A DNA stretch of 64,000 bases from an uncultured Anaerolineales bacterium (GTDB lineage: Bacteria; Chloroflexota; Anaerolineae; B4-G1; SLSP01): contig CAYMAQ010000001.1 in NCBI GenBank assembly GCA_964388385.1, forward strand, positions 20,607 to 84,606, in the 5' to 3' direction. This document shows positions 1 through 8,142 of this stretch, in pieces. The first letter of the stretch is position 1. Each line of letters opens with the position of its first letter. The position numbers and the translations under genes were made by a program. The notes under the pieces were generated by a model, which worked only from the letters and a program-made list of their open reading frames with translations, made no database searches and was not told where the DNA came from.

Positions 1-1
1 C

Positions 2-547
2 TTGGCAACAGGAGGGCATCCTGCCGAAACTCTGTCTGAAGATTATGATCGTTACTATGCGTGGCTATCCTCAGAGTACATCGCTAACGGACTCGCGGAT
101 ATTGCAGTGACCCAAGGATTCGCGCAGAAGGCAAGTGAGCGACTTGCAGCGGAAGGACTGAGCGTTTCGGGGCCTCAACTTCACAACGCCTTAGCCTCTG
201 ACAACACCCAATCAATAGCCATCATCTATATCACATGGCACGATCCCGAACAATTGAACCTGATTGGCCCCGTGGTAGGCGAGACACTGATTGATTCCGG
301 ATCCAGCTTTTACCCTCAGATGCAAGCGATAGGACCGGTGGCACGTATTGTCGATATGCCTGCACCTCACGCGATCGCACCATCAATCAGGAATCAGATC
401 TTACAGCCTGGACTGCGTCTCATAGTTGCCGGCGCTCTGGGTGTTGGATTGGCAATGGTGGCTCACTATATCGATCCGTTCGTGCGTTCGGAGGAGGATA
501 TAGAATCTCAAAACGTCACGGTCCTGACCCGCATTCCACGGACCTGA
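2..547 (+). CDS. C-terminal part of a polysaccharide chain-length determinant (Wzz/PCP)-like protein; gene starts upstream of the window
   Basis: ORF runs in from the window edge. Soluble domain is followed by a C-terminal TM helix (LRLIVAGALGVGLAMVAHYI) and a short tail, the usual PCP topology. No catalytic motifs. Confidence 0.35.
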   Translation: MATGGHPAETLSEDYDRYYAWLSSEYIANGLADIAVTQGFAQKASERLAAEGLSVSGPQLHNALASDNTQSIAIIYITWHDPEQLNLIGPVVGETLIDSGSSFYPQMQAIGPVARIVDMPAPHAIAPSIRNQILQPGLRLIVAGALGVGLAMVAHYIDPFVRSEEDIESQNVTVLTRIPRT

Positions 548-574
548 CGTGGGACGGCAACCTATCGGGGCCCC

Positions 575-982
575 TCACCCAGGCTCCCAGACCGGCTTTC
601 CCTCAAGAATGGTCTGAATCTGATCACGCAGCTTATAGAGCCTGAAAGGCTTACTGATAAATCCGTCAAACCCAAAGTCCTGCGTCCGTTTCATCTCGCT
701 TGGCAAAACATGCGCGGTAGCCGCAACAAAATGAGTCTCTGAGAGCGCAGGATGCGACTTCAGAGACTCATAAATTTCATAGCCGTTCTCGTCTGGTAAA
801 CGCAGATCAAGCAAAACAAGATCGATCCGAGGTAACTTCAGCACCATCGCCCTTGCGTCATCCCCGGAATCGCAGATGACGACCGAGCCCACCCCAATTC
901 GTTCCAGCATCTTTCGCACAACCCAAGCATTCGTATCTTTATCATCAACGATCATCACGGTGATGTCGTGAAGATCCCCCAT
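575..982 (-). CDS. stand-alone response-regulator receiver (CheY-like)
   Basis: Receiver signature VMIVDD...DLVLLDLRLPDENG...KPF. ATG at 982 with GGAGG 6 nt upstream; the longer ORF to 1027 lacks an RBS. Confidence 0.7.
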   Translation of the reverse strand: MGDLHDITVMIVDDKDTNAWVVRKMLERIGVGSVVICDSGDDARAMVLKLPRIDLVLLDLRLPDENGYEIYESLKSHPALSETHFVAATAHVLPSEMKRTQDFGFDGFISKPFRLYKLRDQIQTILEGKPVWEPG

Positions 983-1124
983 ACTTGACCTCCAGGGAAC
1001 TGCTCCGGAAAGATGATGAGGACCCAACCACTACGTGGGGCCAGGATAAGTGACCCCACGTCCTGTAAGGGCACGCCCCTGCGCTCGTACGTCGTCACCG
1101 ATAATCGAAACGGATTCACATATC

Positions 1125-1394
1125 CTAATTCAGCCCCAACATACGGTCAATCTTGGCTCGATCAAACCCCACCACAGGCCGCCCGTTGATCTGTATCACC
1201 GGGACCCCCTGCTGACCGCTGATCCGAACCAAATCCTTTGCCGCACGTTTGTCGCGTGTAATATCGACGTCCTTGAAACGAATACCGTTCTTTCGAAGAT
1301 AACGTTTCGCATTACGACAATGTGGACACGTAGGGGTGCTAAACACCACCACTCTTGGTTGACGCTTACCCGTCCGATCAGTATTTCCTGCCAT
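1125..1394 (-). CDS. glutaredoxin-like/thioredoxin-fold protein (CPHC active site), candidate RNR reductant
   Basis: VVVFSTPTCPHC motif; 89 aa. ATG at 1394 with GGGAGGG 6 nt upstream. Divergent from nrdR-nrdJ. Confidence 0.7.
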   Translation of the reverse strand: MAGNTDRTGKRQPRVVVFSTPTCPHCRNAKRYLRKNGIRFKDVDITRDKRAAKDLVRISGQQGVPVIQINGRPVVGFDRAKIDRMLGLN

Positions 1395-1468
1395 GCCAAT
1401 CCCTCCCACAGTATTGAGACCTATCCATTTATAGATATCTTATACACAACCGTAACAAACTAATGATT

Positions 1469-1496
1469 AGTATATCAATCCTTGGTTTTTTGTCAA
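1469..1496 (-). promoter_or_regulatory. sigma70-like promoter for the glutaredoxin-like gene (TTGACA-16-TATACT)
   Basis: Minus strand reads TTGACAaaaaaccaaggattgaTATACT; TSS about 68 nt before the ATG. Lies in an AT-rich divergent intergenic region. Confidence 0.4.
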
Positions 1497-1610
1497 TAGA
1501 TGATGAAAAATCATTCCGGCCCAAGGCCTGCTAAGGCCAACATCTGTGCGGTGTTTTTTAAGCCGGATATGCCACCGGGATGCACATTAGTTTGCAAGAA
1601 AGCACTCGGC

Positions 1611-1639
1611 TTGTTTATTCACGCGAGCCGTGTTATAAT
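1611..1639 (+). promoter_or_regulatory. sigma70-like promoter for nrdR (TTGTTT-17-TATAAT)
   Basis: Sequence cTTGTTTattcacgcgagccgtgtTATAATcc, about 75 nt upstream of the nrdR start. Confidence 0.4.
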
Positions 1640-1712
1640 CCTTAAACCCTATACGTTGCCTCTCGATATCATCGATCTACGACATATGGGGGATATCGAT
1701 AAGGAAGGATGA

Positions 1713-2171
1713 ATGATGAAGTGTCCCTTTTGCAGTTCTGATGACACAAAGGTTGTAGATACACGCCACGATGCGCAAGGAAACGTGCGAAGGCGACGTG
1801 AATGCTCGGACTGCGAGGAGCGGTTCAGTACCGTTGAGCGCGCGATACTCACAGCCCCATTGGTGGTCAAGCGGGACGGACGACGTGAGGAATTCGATCC
1901 AGACAAGCTGATGGTTGGTCTACGCATCGCGTGTGCTCGCCGCCCTATCTCAGCGGAGGCCCTGGATCGAGTCGTCGATCGCGTACAATATGCTATACGC
2001 CAGACCGGTCGCACTGAGATTTCCAGCCAAACGATTGGCGACCTTGTTGTTCAGGAGCTCCGTGAGTTGGATGAGGTCGCCTACATCCGCTATGCGATTG
2101 TCTATATGGGCCTCAAAGACCTCGAATCCATCCGAGCTGAGATCGACCGCCTGCGCGGGCAACGTCACTAG
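1713..2171 (+). CDS. nrdR: transcriptional repressor NrdR
   Basis: N-terminal Zn ribbon CPFC...CSDC followed by an ATP-cone. AAGGAAGG RBS before the tandem ATG ATG. Lies immediately upstream of nrdJ. Confidence 0.9.
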   Translation: MMKCPFCSSDDTKVVDTRHDAQGNVRRRRECSDCEERFSTVERAILTAPLVVKRDGRREEFDPDKLMVGLRIACARRPISAEALDRVVDRVQYAIRQTGRTEISSQTIGDLVVQELRELDEVAYIRYAIVYMGLKDLESIRAEIDRLRGQRH

Positions 2172-2299
2172 ATCGATATCGCGCTCCAAGCCTGTCCCAC
2201 ACGAATGTACGGGATGGGCTTTTTGTGTTGGAATCTTTCTGTCTGAATCCAGAAAACCGCGTTACGCACCTTTATGTTGATATAGTCAGGAGTCGATTA

Positions 2300-4882
2300 A
2301 TGTCCACAACAGATAAATCCCCAATACCCAGTCAGTCACTGCGTGATCAATTCTCGGATAATGCGTTGACCGTCCTAGAGCGACGCTATCTCCGAAAAGA
2401 TCAGAACGGAGAGCCGGTCGAATCGTTAGCCGAGATGTTTACGCGGGTCGCACATCACGTTGCCCGCGCCGAAGATGCTTGGAATGGAGCTGTGACGGAA
2501 GCGGAGGATCTGTTTTATAAGATGCTGACCAGAGTGAGATTTCTGCCCAATTCACCCACGTTCACGGGTGCCGGAACGCCACTGGGTCAGCTCGCAGCCT
2601 GCTTTGTCTTACCGATTCAGGACGATATGGGGCGCGAACCCGGGGGCATCTTCCAGAGTCTACGCGATGCAGCGCTTATCCAACAGACCGGTGGGGGAAA
2701 CGGATTCAGTTTCTCGCGCTTGCGTCCCAAGGGCAGCTTGGTAGCGTCGAGTATGGGAAAAGCCACGGGGCCCCTGGGCTTCCTACGCGTCTATGACAAA
2801 GCCTTCGGGGAGATCGCCCAAGGCGGCACTCGACGCGGTGCAAATATGGCAGTCCTCAGGGTCGATCATCCAGATATTGAAGCATTTATCACCTGTAAAA
2901 CTTCCGAGCAGGCGATTACCAATTTCAATATCTCGGCGGGTGTGCTCGATAGCTTTATGAAAGCCGTCGAGAATGACGAAATGTGGGCGCTTCGCTTCCC
3001 TGATGTCAAAGACCCAAAATACCGCGATTTTCACGGCACGATCGAGAAGGCTGAAGCGCAAGGGATAGCTATTGACACGTACCAAAAAGTCAGTGCAAGA
3101 GAGATCTTCAACCAGATCGTCGAGCAAGCGTGGACGAACGGCGAGCCCGGCATGTTATTCCTTGACACGGCGCAGAGAGACCATCCCCTGCCTGAGCTCG
3201 GTCGATATGAAAGCACCAATCCTTGCGGCGAACAGTTCTTGATGCCTTACGAGAACTGCTGTTTGGGTTCTGTCAACCTGGCAGAGCACCTTTCCTATGA
3301 TGACGCGGGAAATCCCCTGATTCAATGGAAGGAAATGGCCGGAACAGTTCGAATCGCGACCCGGTTTCTGGATGATGTCGTGAGCGCCAATGCGTACGTT
3401 CCGGGCGTGCCCCAGCTGCGGAAGGCAGCCCACCGCGCGCGCCGTATCGGGCTGGGCATAATGGGACTCGCGGATCTTCTATACCACATGGGAATCCGCT
3501 ATGGGAGTACCGAGGGCCAAGCGCTTGCCGCCCAGGTGATGGAATTTATCCGTTATCACACCATGTCAGCCAGCATTGATCTCGCCAAAGAGCGCGGGCC
3601 TTTCCCGGCAATTCATACCAGTATTTACAATCCGGACAATGTGACCTGGTGTCCAAAGACATGGCCGTCCTGGCTCGGCGAAGAGCCCACTCGTCACTGG
3701 GGACGTCCAGGTTTGAAATGGGAGGACGTCCTAGAAGGCATCCAAACTTATGGGATTCGTAACTCAACCCAACTGACCATCGCCCCAACAGGTACAATCG
3801 CGACCGTTGCGGGCATTGAGGGATACGGCTGCGAGCCGGTCTTTGCCCTGGCGTATACCCGACACGTACGCGATGAGGATCGTGAGATTGAGCTCAGATA
3901 CGTCAGCCCTCGATTTGAGACTGCCCTCAAGGACGCCGGCCTCGACAAAGACAAGCGCGAGCGAATCCTGAATGAGGTGATGCAGACAGGGAGTTGCCAG
4001 AAGATCGAAGAAGTACCTGAGGAGATCCGCAGGGTCTTCGTTGTCTCTGGAGATATCCCTGCAGAGGGACATATCCGTATGCAAGCTGCGCTCCAATTCT
4101 TCACCGATGCAAGCATCAGCAAGACCGTAAACTTTCCCGCAGATGCAAAACCTGACGATGTCGCCGACGCATTCATGCTTGCCTGGCACCTTGGCTGCAA
4201 AGGACTCACAGTCTATGTCGCGGGGTCCCGTCAGGAGGAGGTGCTGGAGACCGAGGAGACGCGTCTCAAGAAAGATGAGGGAGAAAGACGAACAACCACT
4301 CAGGAGGCTGCGGTTCGAGCCGGTAGGCAGGCGACAGTTCCACACGTCGCTCCAAGACGACCAAGGCCAACCCTGCTTCAAGGTACAACCTATCGCGCAC
4401 AGACCCCCTTGGGCACGGCTTACGTCACGATCAACACAAATGGAGATGATCAACCGTTCGAGGTCTTCCTCAACGTCGGGAAAGCCGGATCCGATACAGC
4501 GGCTGTCGCGGAAGCGATGGGACGCCTGATCTCACTTGTTCTTCGGCTTCCTTCATCGGTAGAGCCCAGAGAGCGATTGACGCAAATCGTGGATCAACTG
4601 AGTGGAATAGGCGGTCGCCGGCCTTCAGGTTTCGGCCACAATCGCGTCCTCAGCCTGCCGGATGGTGTCGCAAGCGTATTGGAGAACTATCTGAAACCCA
4701 ACGACGGAGATCAACCGAAGTTGATGCTGTCGCTTGGTCCTGACTCAGAAGATCACGACGCGACGCAACCCAACCTGGCCCTCTTTCAGGTTGGAGACCT
4801 CTGCCCAGAATGCGGGCAGGCCACATTGGTGAATACAGAGGGGTGTCGACGCTGCTACGCATGCGGGCACAGTGAATGCTGA
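2300..4882 (+). CDS. nrdJ: class II adenosylcobalamin-dependent ribonucleotide reductase
   Basis: Motifs LERRYLRKDQNGEP, FLPNSPTFTGAG, NPCGEQ, and a C-terminal Zn ribbon CPECG...CRRCYACG. AGGAG RBS 7 nt before the ATG at 2300; the ORF N-extension to 2225 has no RBS. Confidence 0.9.
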   Translation: MSTTDKSPIPSQSLRDQFSDNALTVLERRYLRKDQNGEPVESLAEMFTRVAHHVARAEDAWNGAVTEAEDLFYKMLTRVRFLPNSPTFTGAGTPLGQLAACFVLPIQDDMGREPGGIFQSLRDAALIQQTGGGNGFSFSRLRPKGSLVASSMGKATGPLGFLRVYDKAFGEIAQGGTRRGANMAVLRVDHPDIEAFITCKTSEQAITNFNISAGVLDSFMKAVENDEMWALRFPDVKDPKYRDFHGTIEKAEAQGIAIDTYQKVSAREIFNQIVEQAWTNGEPGMLFLDTAQRDHPLPELGRYESTNPCGEQFLMPYENCCLGSVNLAEHLSYDDAGNPLIQWKEMAGTVRIATRFLDDVVSANAYVPGVPQLRKAAHRARRIGLGIMGLADLLYHMGIRYGSTEGQALAAQVMEFIRYHTMSASIDLAKERGPFPAIHTSIYNPDNVTWCPKTWPSWLGEEPTRHWGRPGLKWEDVLEGIQTYGIRNSTQLTIAPTGTIATVAGIEGYGCEPVFALAYTRHVRDEDREIELRYVSPRFETALKDAGLDKDKRERILNEVMQTGSCQKIEEVPEEIRRVFVVSGDIPAEGHIRMQAALQFFTDASISKTVNFPADAKPDDVADAFMLAWHLGCKGLTVYVAGSRQEEVLETEETRLKKDEGERRTTTQEAAVRAGRQATVPHVAPRRPRPTLLQGTTYRAQTPLGTAYVTINTNGDDQPFEVFLNVGKAGSDTAAVAEAMGRLISLVLRLPSSVEPRERLTQIVDQLSGIGGRRPSGFGHNRVLSLPDGVASVLENYLKPNDGDQPKLMLSLGPDSEDHDATQPNLALFQVGDLCPECGQATLVNTEGCRRCYACGHSEC

Positions 4883-4902
4883 TCCGTGAGCCTAAAGAAA
4901 GA

Positions 4903-4933
4903 GGATGGGGCCGAACTAGGTTCGGCCCCATCC
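4903..4933. terminator. strong hairpin between convergent nrdJ and greA (14-bp perfect stem GGATGGGGCCGAAC/GTTCGGCCCCATCC)
   Basis: Perfect inverted repeat seen directly. It is T-rich on the minus-strand side (CTTTCTTT) and weakly U-rich on the plus side, so probably a bidirectional terminator. Confidence 0.5.
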
Positions 4934-4991
4934 CTTGTCCGCAACGTGCAGAATGCCTGTCCCAACCACAAATAGGACATCGCTCGATTCG

Positions 4992-5462
4992 CTATGAAAC
5001 ATCCAGCAATTTGAAAACAATCTCGCCTGCAGGCGCACTGATCGTGACCTCATCCCCCACAGAATGCCCTAATAACGCTCGCCCAAGTGGAGATTCGTGT
5101 GAGATCTTTCCCTTGGAGGGATCGGCCTCGGTAGGCCCAACCATATGGTACGTCTCTTTTTCATCATAGCCCATTTCCAAGACGGTGACGTGCGATCCCA
5201 ATCTTACCCTGCCGTCGCCACCAGACTCCTCGATAAGCACAGCATGTCTGATTTTGTGCTGAATTTCCTGGATCTGCCCTTCGAGAAACCCCTGAGCCTC
5301 TTTCGCCGTGATATAGTCCGCATTCTCAGACAGATCACCTTGTTTGATCGCTTTATTCAGTCGCGCCGCAAGCTCCGGCCGTTGTACATTGATCAACTCG
5401 TTGAGTTTTTCCTTGAGGTTCTCCAAGCCTTCCTCGGTCAAATAGACAGGCGTCGCATTCAT
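4992..5462 (-). CDS. greA: transcription elongation factor GreA
   Basis: Full-length GreA-like sequence with N-terminal coiled coil and C-terminal FKBP-like domain. ATG at 5462 with GGGAGGG RBS. Confidence 0.9.
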   Translation of the reverse strand: MNATPVYLTEEGLENLKEKLNELINVQRPELAARLNKAIKQGDLSENADYITAKEAQGFLEGQIQEIQHKIRHAVLIEESGGDGRVRLGSHVTVLEMGYDEKETYHMVGPTEADPSKGKISHESPLGRALLGHSVGDEVTISAPAGEIVFKLLDVS

Positions 5463-5552
5463 CTTTCCCTCCCACACACAAGCATATACACTCTAAAATC
5501 TAAAACGATAACAACTTCGATACCACCCCAGGATCAATACGTCCTGGAGCCG

Positions 5553-6653
5553 TCAATGGACGACGAACGGCTCACGTGACAGCTCCGTCATAACCACGCC
5601 ACCTTGAGGCGTCATCACGACGTCATCCTCAATTCGGATACCTCCCATACCCCGCAAGTAGATACCCGGTTCCACCGTGAAGGTCATTCCGGGTTTCAGC
5701 ACACGAGAGTTACCGGCGACGAGGTAAGGAGGCTCGTGGCTCTCCAGCCCCAGACCGTGCCCGGTCCGGTGCACGAACTGTGGACCATATCCCGCATCGA
5801 TGATAACCGCCCGTGTCTCGGCGTCGACGTCCTGCGCTTCCACCGCTACGTTCGTCGCTTCACAGCCCGCACGGTTGGCCTTCAATACAATCTCATATAC
5901 GCGACGCATAAGACCTCTGGGAGGGCCAATCACGACCGTCCTTGTCAGATCTGAGGCGTACCCCTCAACACTGGCTCCCCAATCGACGACAATCCAATCA
6001 CCTTTTTGAAACTGACGGTCGCCCGGCACCGCGTGAGGAAGCCCTCCGTTTGGGCCACTGGCAACAATGGGGTTGAAGGCAAGCGCATCAGCGCCACCCC
6101 GGAGGATCTCAGCAGTGAGAGAAGCGGCAGCGGCTTTTTCCGGCATTCCGACCTCCAACCTCGATACCCATCGCAAGAAAGCGGTCTCTGCCACGTCAAT
6201 CGCTCGGCGCATAGCTTCCAATTCTACATCCGACTTGATCACACGTAACTCGGCAACGAGGTCATCCATAGGCACAAGTTCAATATTTGGCGCGAAACGC
6301 ACCAGTGTACTCGATTCAAGGAATCGCATCCGCAAAGCCTCGATACCAACTCGAGCATCCGCCAGTTGCAGCGACACACACGTCTCGTGAAAAGCCATCA
6401 GATACCCTTCGGTGTCGGAATAGGGGAATGTCCTGAATCCGACGGCCTCCGCTTTGCCGGCCTCCAGCTCCGGCAAGATCACCGCAGGACTTGCGTCCGC
6501 CGGAAGCATCAAAAGAATCGGACGCTCACTGAGATGAAAGTGCAGTCCAGTTAAATAGACAAGATTGGGACCGGGCATCAACACCAAGGCATCCAATCCT
6601 TGCGATTCTGCCAGGGACAAGAGATGGTTTACGCGCTCCTCGAAATCACTCAT
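5553..6653 (-). CDS. Xaa-Pro aminopeptidase / M24 family metallopeptidase
   Basis: Creatinase-like N-terminal domain plus M24 metal ligands (HRTGHGLGLESHEPP). ATG at 6653 with GGAGG RBS. Confidence 0.85.
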   Translation of the reverse strand: MSDFEERVNHLLSLAESQGLDALVLMPGPNLVYLTGLHFHLSERPILLMLPADASPAVILPELEAGKAEAVGFRTFPYSDTEGYLMAFHETCVSLQLADARVGIEALRMRFLESSTLVRFAPNIELVPMDDLVAELRVIKSDVELEAMRRAIDVAETAFLRWVSRLEVGMPEKAAAASLTAEILRGGADALAFNPIVASGPNGGLPHAVPGDRQFQKGDWIVVDWGASVEGYASDLTRTVVIGPPRGLMRRVYEIVLKANRAGCEATNVAVEAQDVDAETRAVIIDAGYGPQFVHRTGHGLGLESHEPPYLVAGNSRVLKPGMTFTVEPGIYLRGMGGIRIEDDVVMTPQGGVVMTELSREPFVVH

Positions 6654-6754
6654 ATCTAACCTCCAACATCTCAGATGGGAATTCATCCCAGACCTAATGA
6701 CACTACCTGAGACCTTCGTATGCTCCTATCTTGCTATTCATGCGTAAGAATGCC

Positions 6755-6781
6755 TTGAGATAATCCCAAGTATGGTAAAAT
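6755..6781 (+). promoter_or_regulatory. promoter with extended -10 (TTGAGA-15-TGgTAAAAT) for the MBL hydrolase gene
   Basis: gccTTGAGAtaatcccaagtaTGgTAAAATc seen directly. Confidence 0.4.
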
Positions 6782-6849
6782 CATAAGTGTGATTTAGGAC
6801 CCTTGGAAAGATCGCACGGAATTTGCGGAGACATAAGGACTATGCATAT

Positions 6850-7494
6850 ATGAACACAACAATAATCGAGACCTATCCTGTCGGGCTGCTTGGATCGAAT
6901 GTTTATCTGATTTATGAAGCCCCCGGCGGGGAAGCTGCTATAGTGGACCCCGGCTTGCGGGATGTCAGGTCAATTCAAGAGACACTTGCGTCGAAAAACC
7001 TGAGCCTGCGATATGTCATCAATACCCATGGCCATTTTGACCATGTCGCCGGTAACAGTTTGTTCGCAAATTCGGATGTCACGCTTGCAATTCACCCAGC
7101 CGACCGCGCTCTTCTCACGTCCGGGGGCGGAGGCGCCGAATTCGGCTTCCGGATTTCCCCGTCACCCCACCCTGATCGCTATCTAGAGGATGGTGACGAG
7201 ATTCAGATCAGCGAATCGGTCTTTCAGGTCATCCATACGCCGGGACACACCCCAGGGAGCATCTGCCTCTACAATCCGCAAGGACCCGATCTCCTAACAG
7301 GAGATACCCTCTTCGCGGCGGGTATCGGCCGCACCGATCTCCCGGGTGGAAATCCCCACGCACTCAGACAAAGCCTGAGGCGTCTGCTAAGCCTGCCAGC
7401 ACAGACCCGGATCTACCCAGGTCACGGAGCTGCGACGACACTAACGGACGAACTGAAAACCAATCGTTGGCTTCGAGGCCTGAATCCACTGTAG
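6850..7494 (+). CDS. MBL-fold metallo-hydrolase (glyoxalase II-like)
   Basis: HGHFDHVAGN motif plus downstream His/Asp ligands. Start ATG 6850, with an alternative TTG at 6823. Confidence 0.8.
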   Translation: MNTTIIETYPVGLLGSNVYLIYEAPGGEAAIVDPGLRDVRSIQETLASKNLSLRYVINTHGHFDHVAGNSLFANSDVTLAIHPADRALLTSGGGGAEFGFRISPSPHPDRYLEDGDEIQISESVFQVIHTPGHTPGSICLYNPQGPDLLTGDTLFAAGIGRTDLPGGNPHALRQSLRRLLSLPAQTRIYPGHGAATTLTDELKTNRWLRGLNPL

Positions 7495-7536
7495 AGAGAG
7501 GACAGCATCGATGACTTTGCTCCAGATTATTCCCGA

Positions 7537-7558
7537 GAAGACGTCAGGGGCAAGCAGA
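7537..7558. terminator. 9-bp stem hairpin (GGGGCAAGC-agac-GCTTGCCCC) between convergent genes
   Basis: Inverted repeat seen directly; no clean U tract. Confidence 0.3.
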
Positions 7559-7589
7559 CGCTTGCCCCATCTGATCGCTCCAATTCGTA

Positions 7590-7787
7590 TCAATCGGCGA
7601 TAAGGCGTAGAACCCCCAGAAGGCTCAAGCCCCACTTCAATCCATCCGTCGGTCTGGGGGCAGGCAACGTCTGCTCACCTGACTCATTTACATTCACGTT
7701 GGCATTATAGTACAACCAACCTGCCAGCGATCCCACAATCAGACCCAGAATCGCACCAAAGCCAATAGCCCGCGTTTGAGAACTCAC
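7590..7787 (-). CDS. small hypothetical membrane protein (65 aa)
   Basis: Single hydrophobic helix; start overlaps the stop of the upstream ORF (ATGA). No family recognised. Confidence 0.35.
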   Translation of the reverse strand: MSSQTRAIGFGAILGLIVGSLAGWLYYNANVNVNESGEQTLPAPRPTDGLKWGLSLLGVLRLIAD

Positions 7788-8077
7788 CGAGACCTCCTTG
7801 TCTTCAATCCTTCAGTCACTTTCTTCAGCATCGCGTTGACGCGACTTGCTGCCATGTGAATTGCGATAAATGGCATAGCGATCTTCTCAGACCACTCATC
7901 AACCACATCATAGGCCCGTTGAACATAACCCTGGGCAAGCTGCAGAGACGTTCGCGTCCAGCGATGTAGACGAAACACGCCATATGCAAGCCCAGCGATG
8001 AGCACCATAGGAATGAAAGCAATAATCAAAGCCTCCAAGCTTAGAAAAATGAGCGCGATGTCTCGTGCGGTAGGCAT
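7784..8077 (-). CDS. small hypothetical membrane protein (97 aa)
   Basis: N-terminal TM helix plus a charged C-terminal helix. GGGGG RBS before the ATG at 8077. Confidence 0.4.
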   Translation of the reverse strand: MPTARDIALIFLSLEALIIAFIPMVLIAGLAYGVFRLHRWTRTSLQLAQGYVQRAYDVVDEWSEKIAMPFIAIHMAASRVNAMLKKVTEGLKTRRSR

Positions 8078-8142
8078 CGTCTACCCCCTTCAGCGTCTTC
8101 GCTTTTATTTGAATACACATAAGTATACCCTGAAACTAACAA

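Noticed and set aside
1050-1463. 137-aa plus-strand ORF overlapping the glutaredoxin-like gene
   Set aside because: Antisense to a gene with a CPHC motif, RBS and promoter; it has no features of its own.
2225-2299. N-terminal extension of nrdJ and a possible cobalamin riboswitch or NrdR box in the nrdR-nrdJ spacer
   Set aside because: A strong AGGAG RBS precedes ATG 2300 and NrdJ homologues start there. No B12-box or convincing 16-bp NrdR palindrome was found by eye. Kept only as a low-interest finding.
3748-4453. Long antisense ORFs (153 and 229 aa) inside nrdJ
   Set aside because: They lie entirely within a strongly supported conserved gene on the opposite strand. High GC suppresses stop codons, and they have no RBS or family resemblance.
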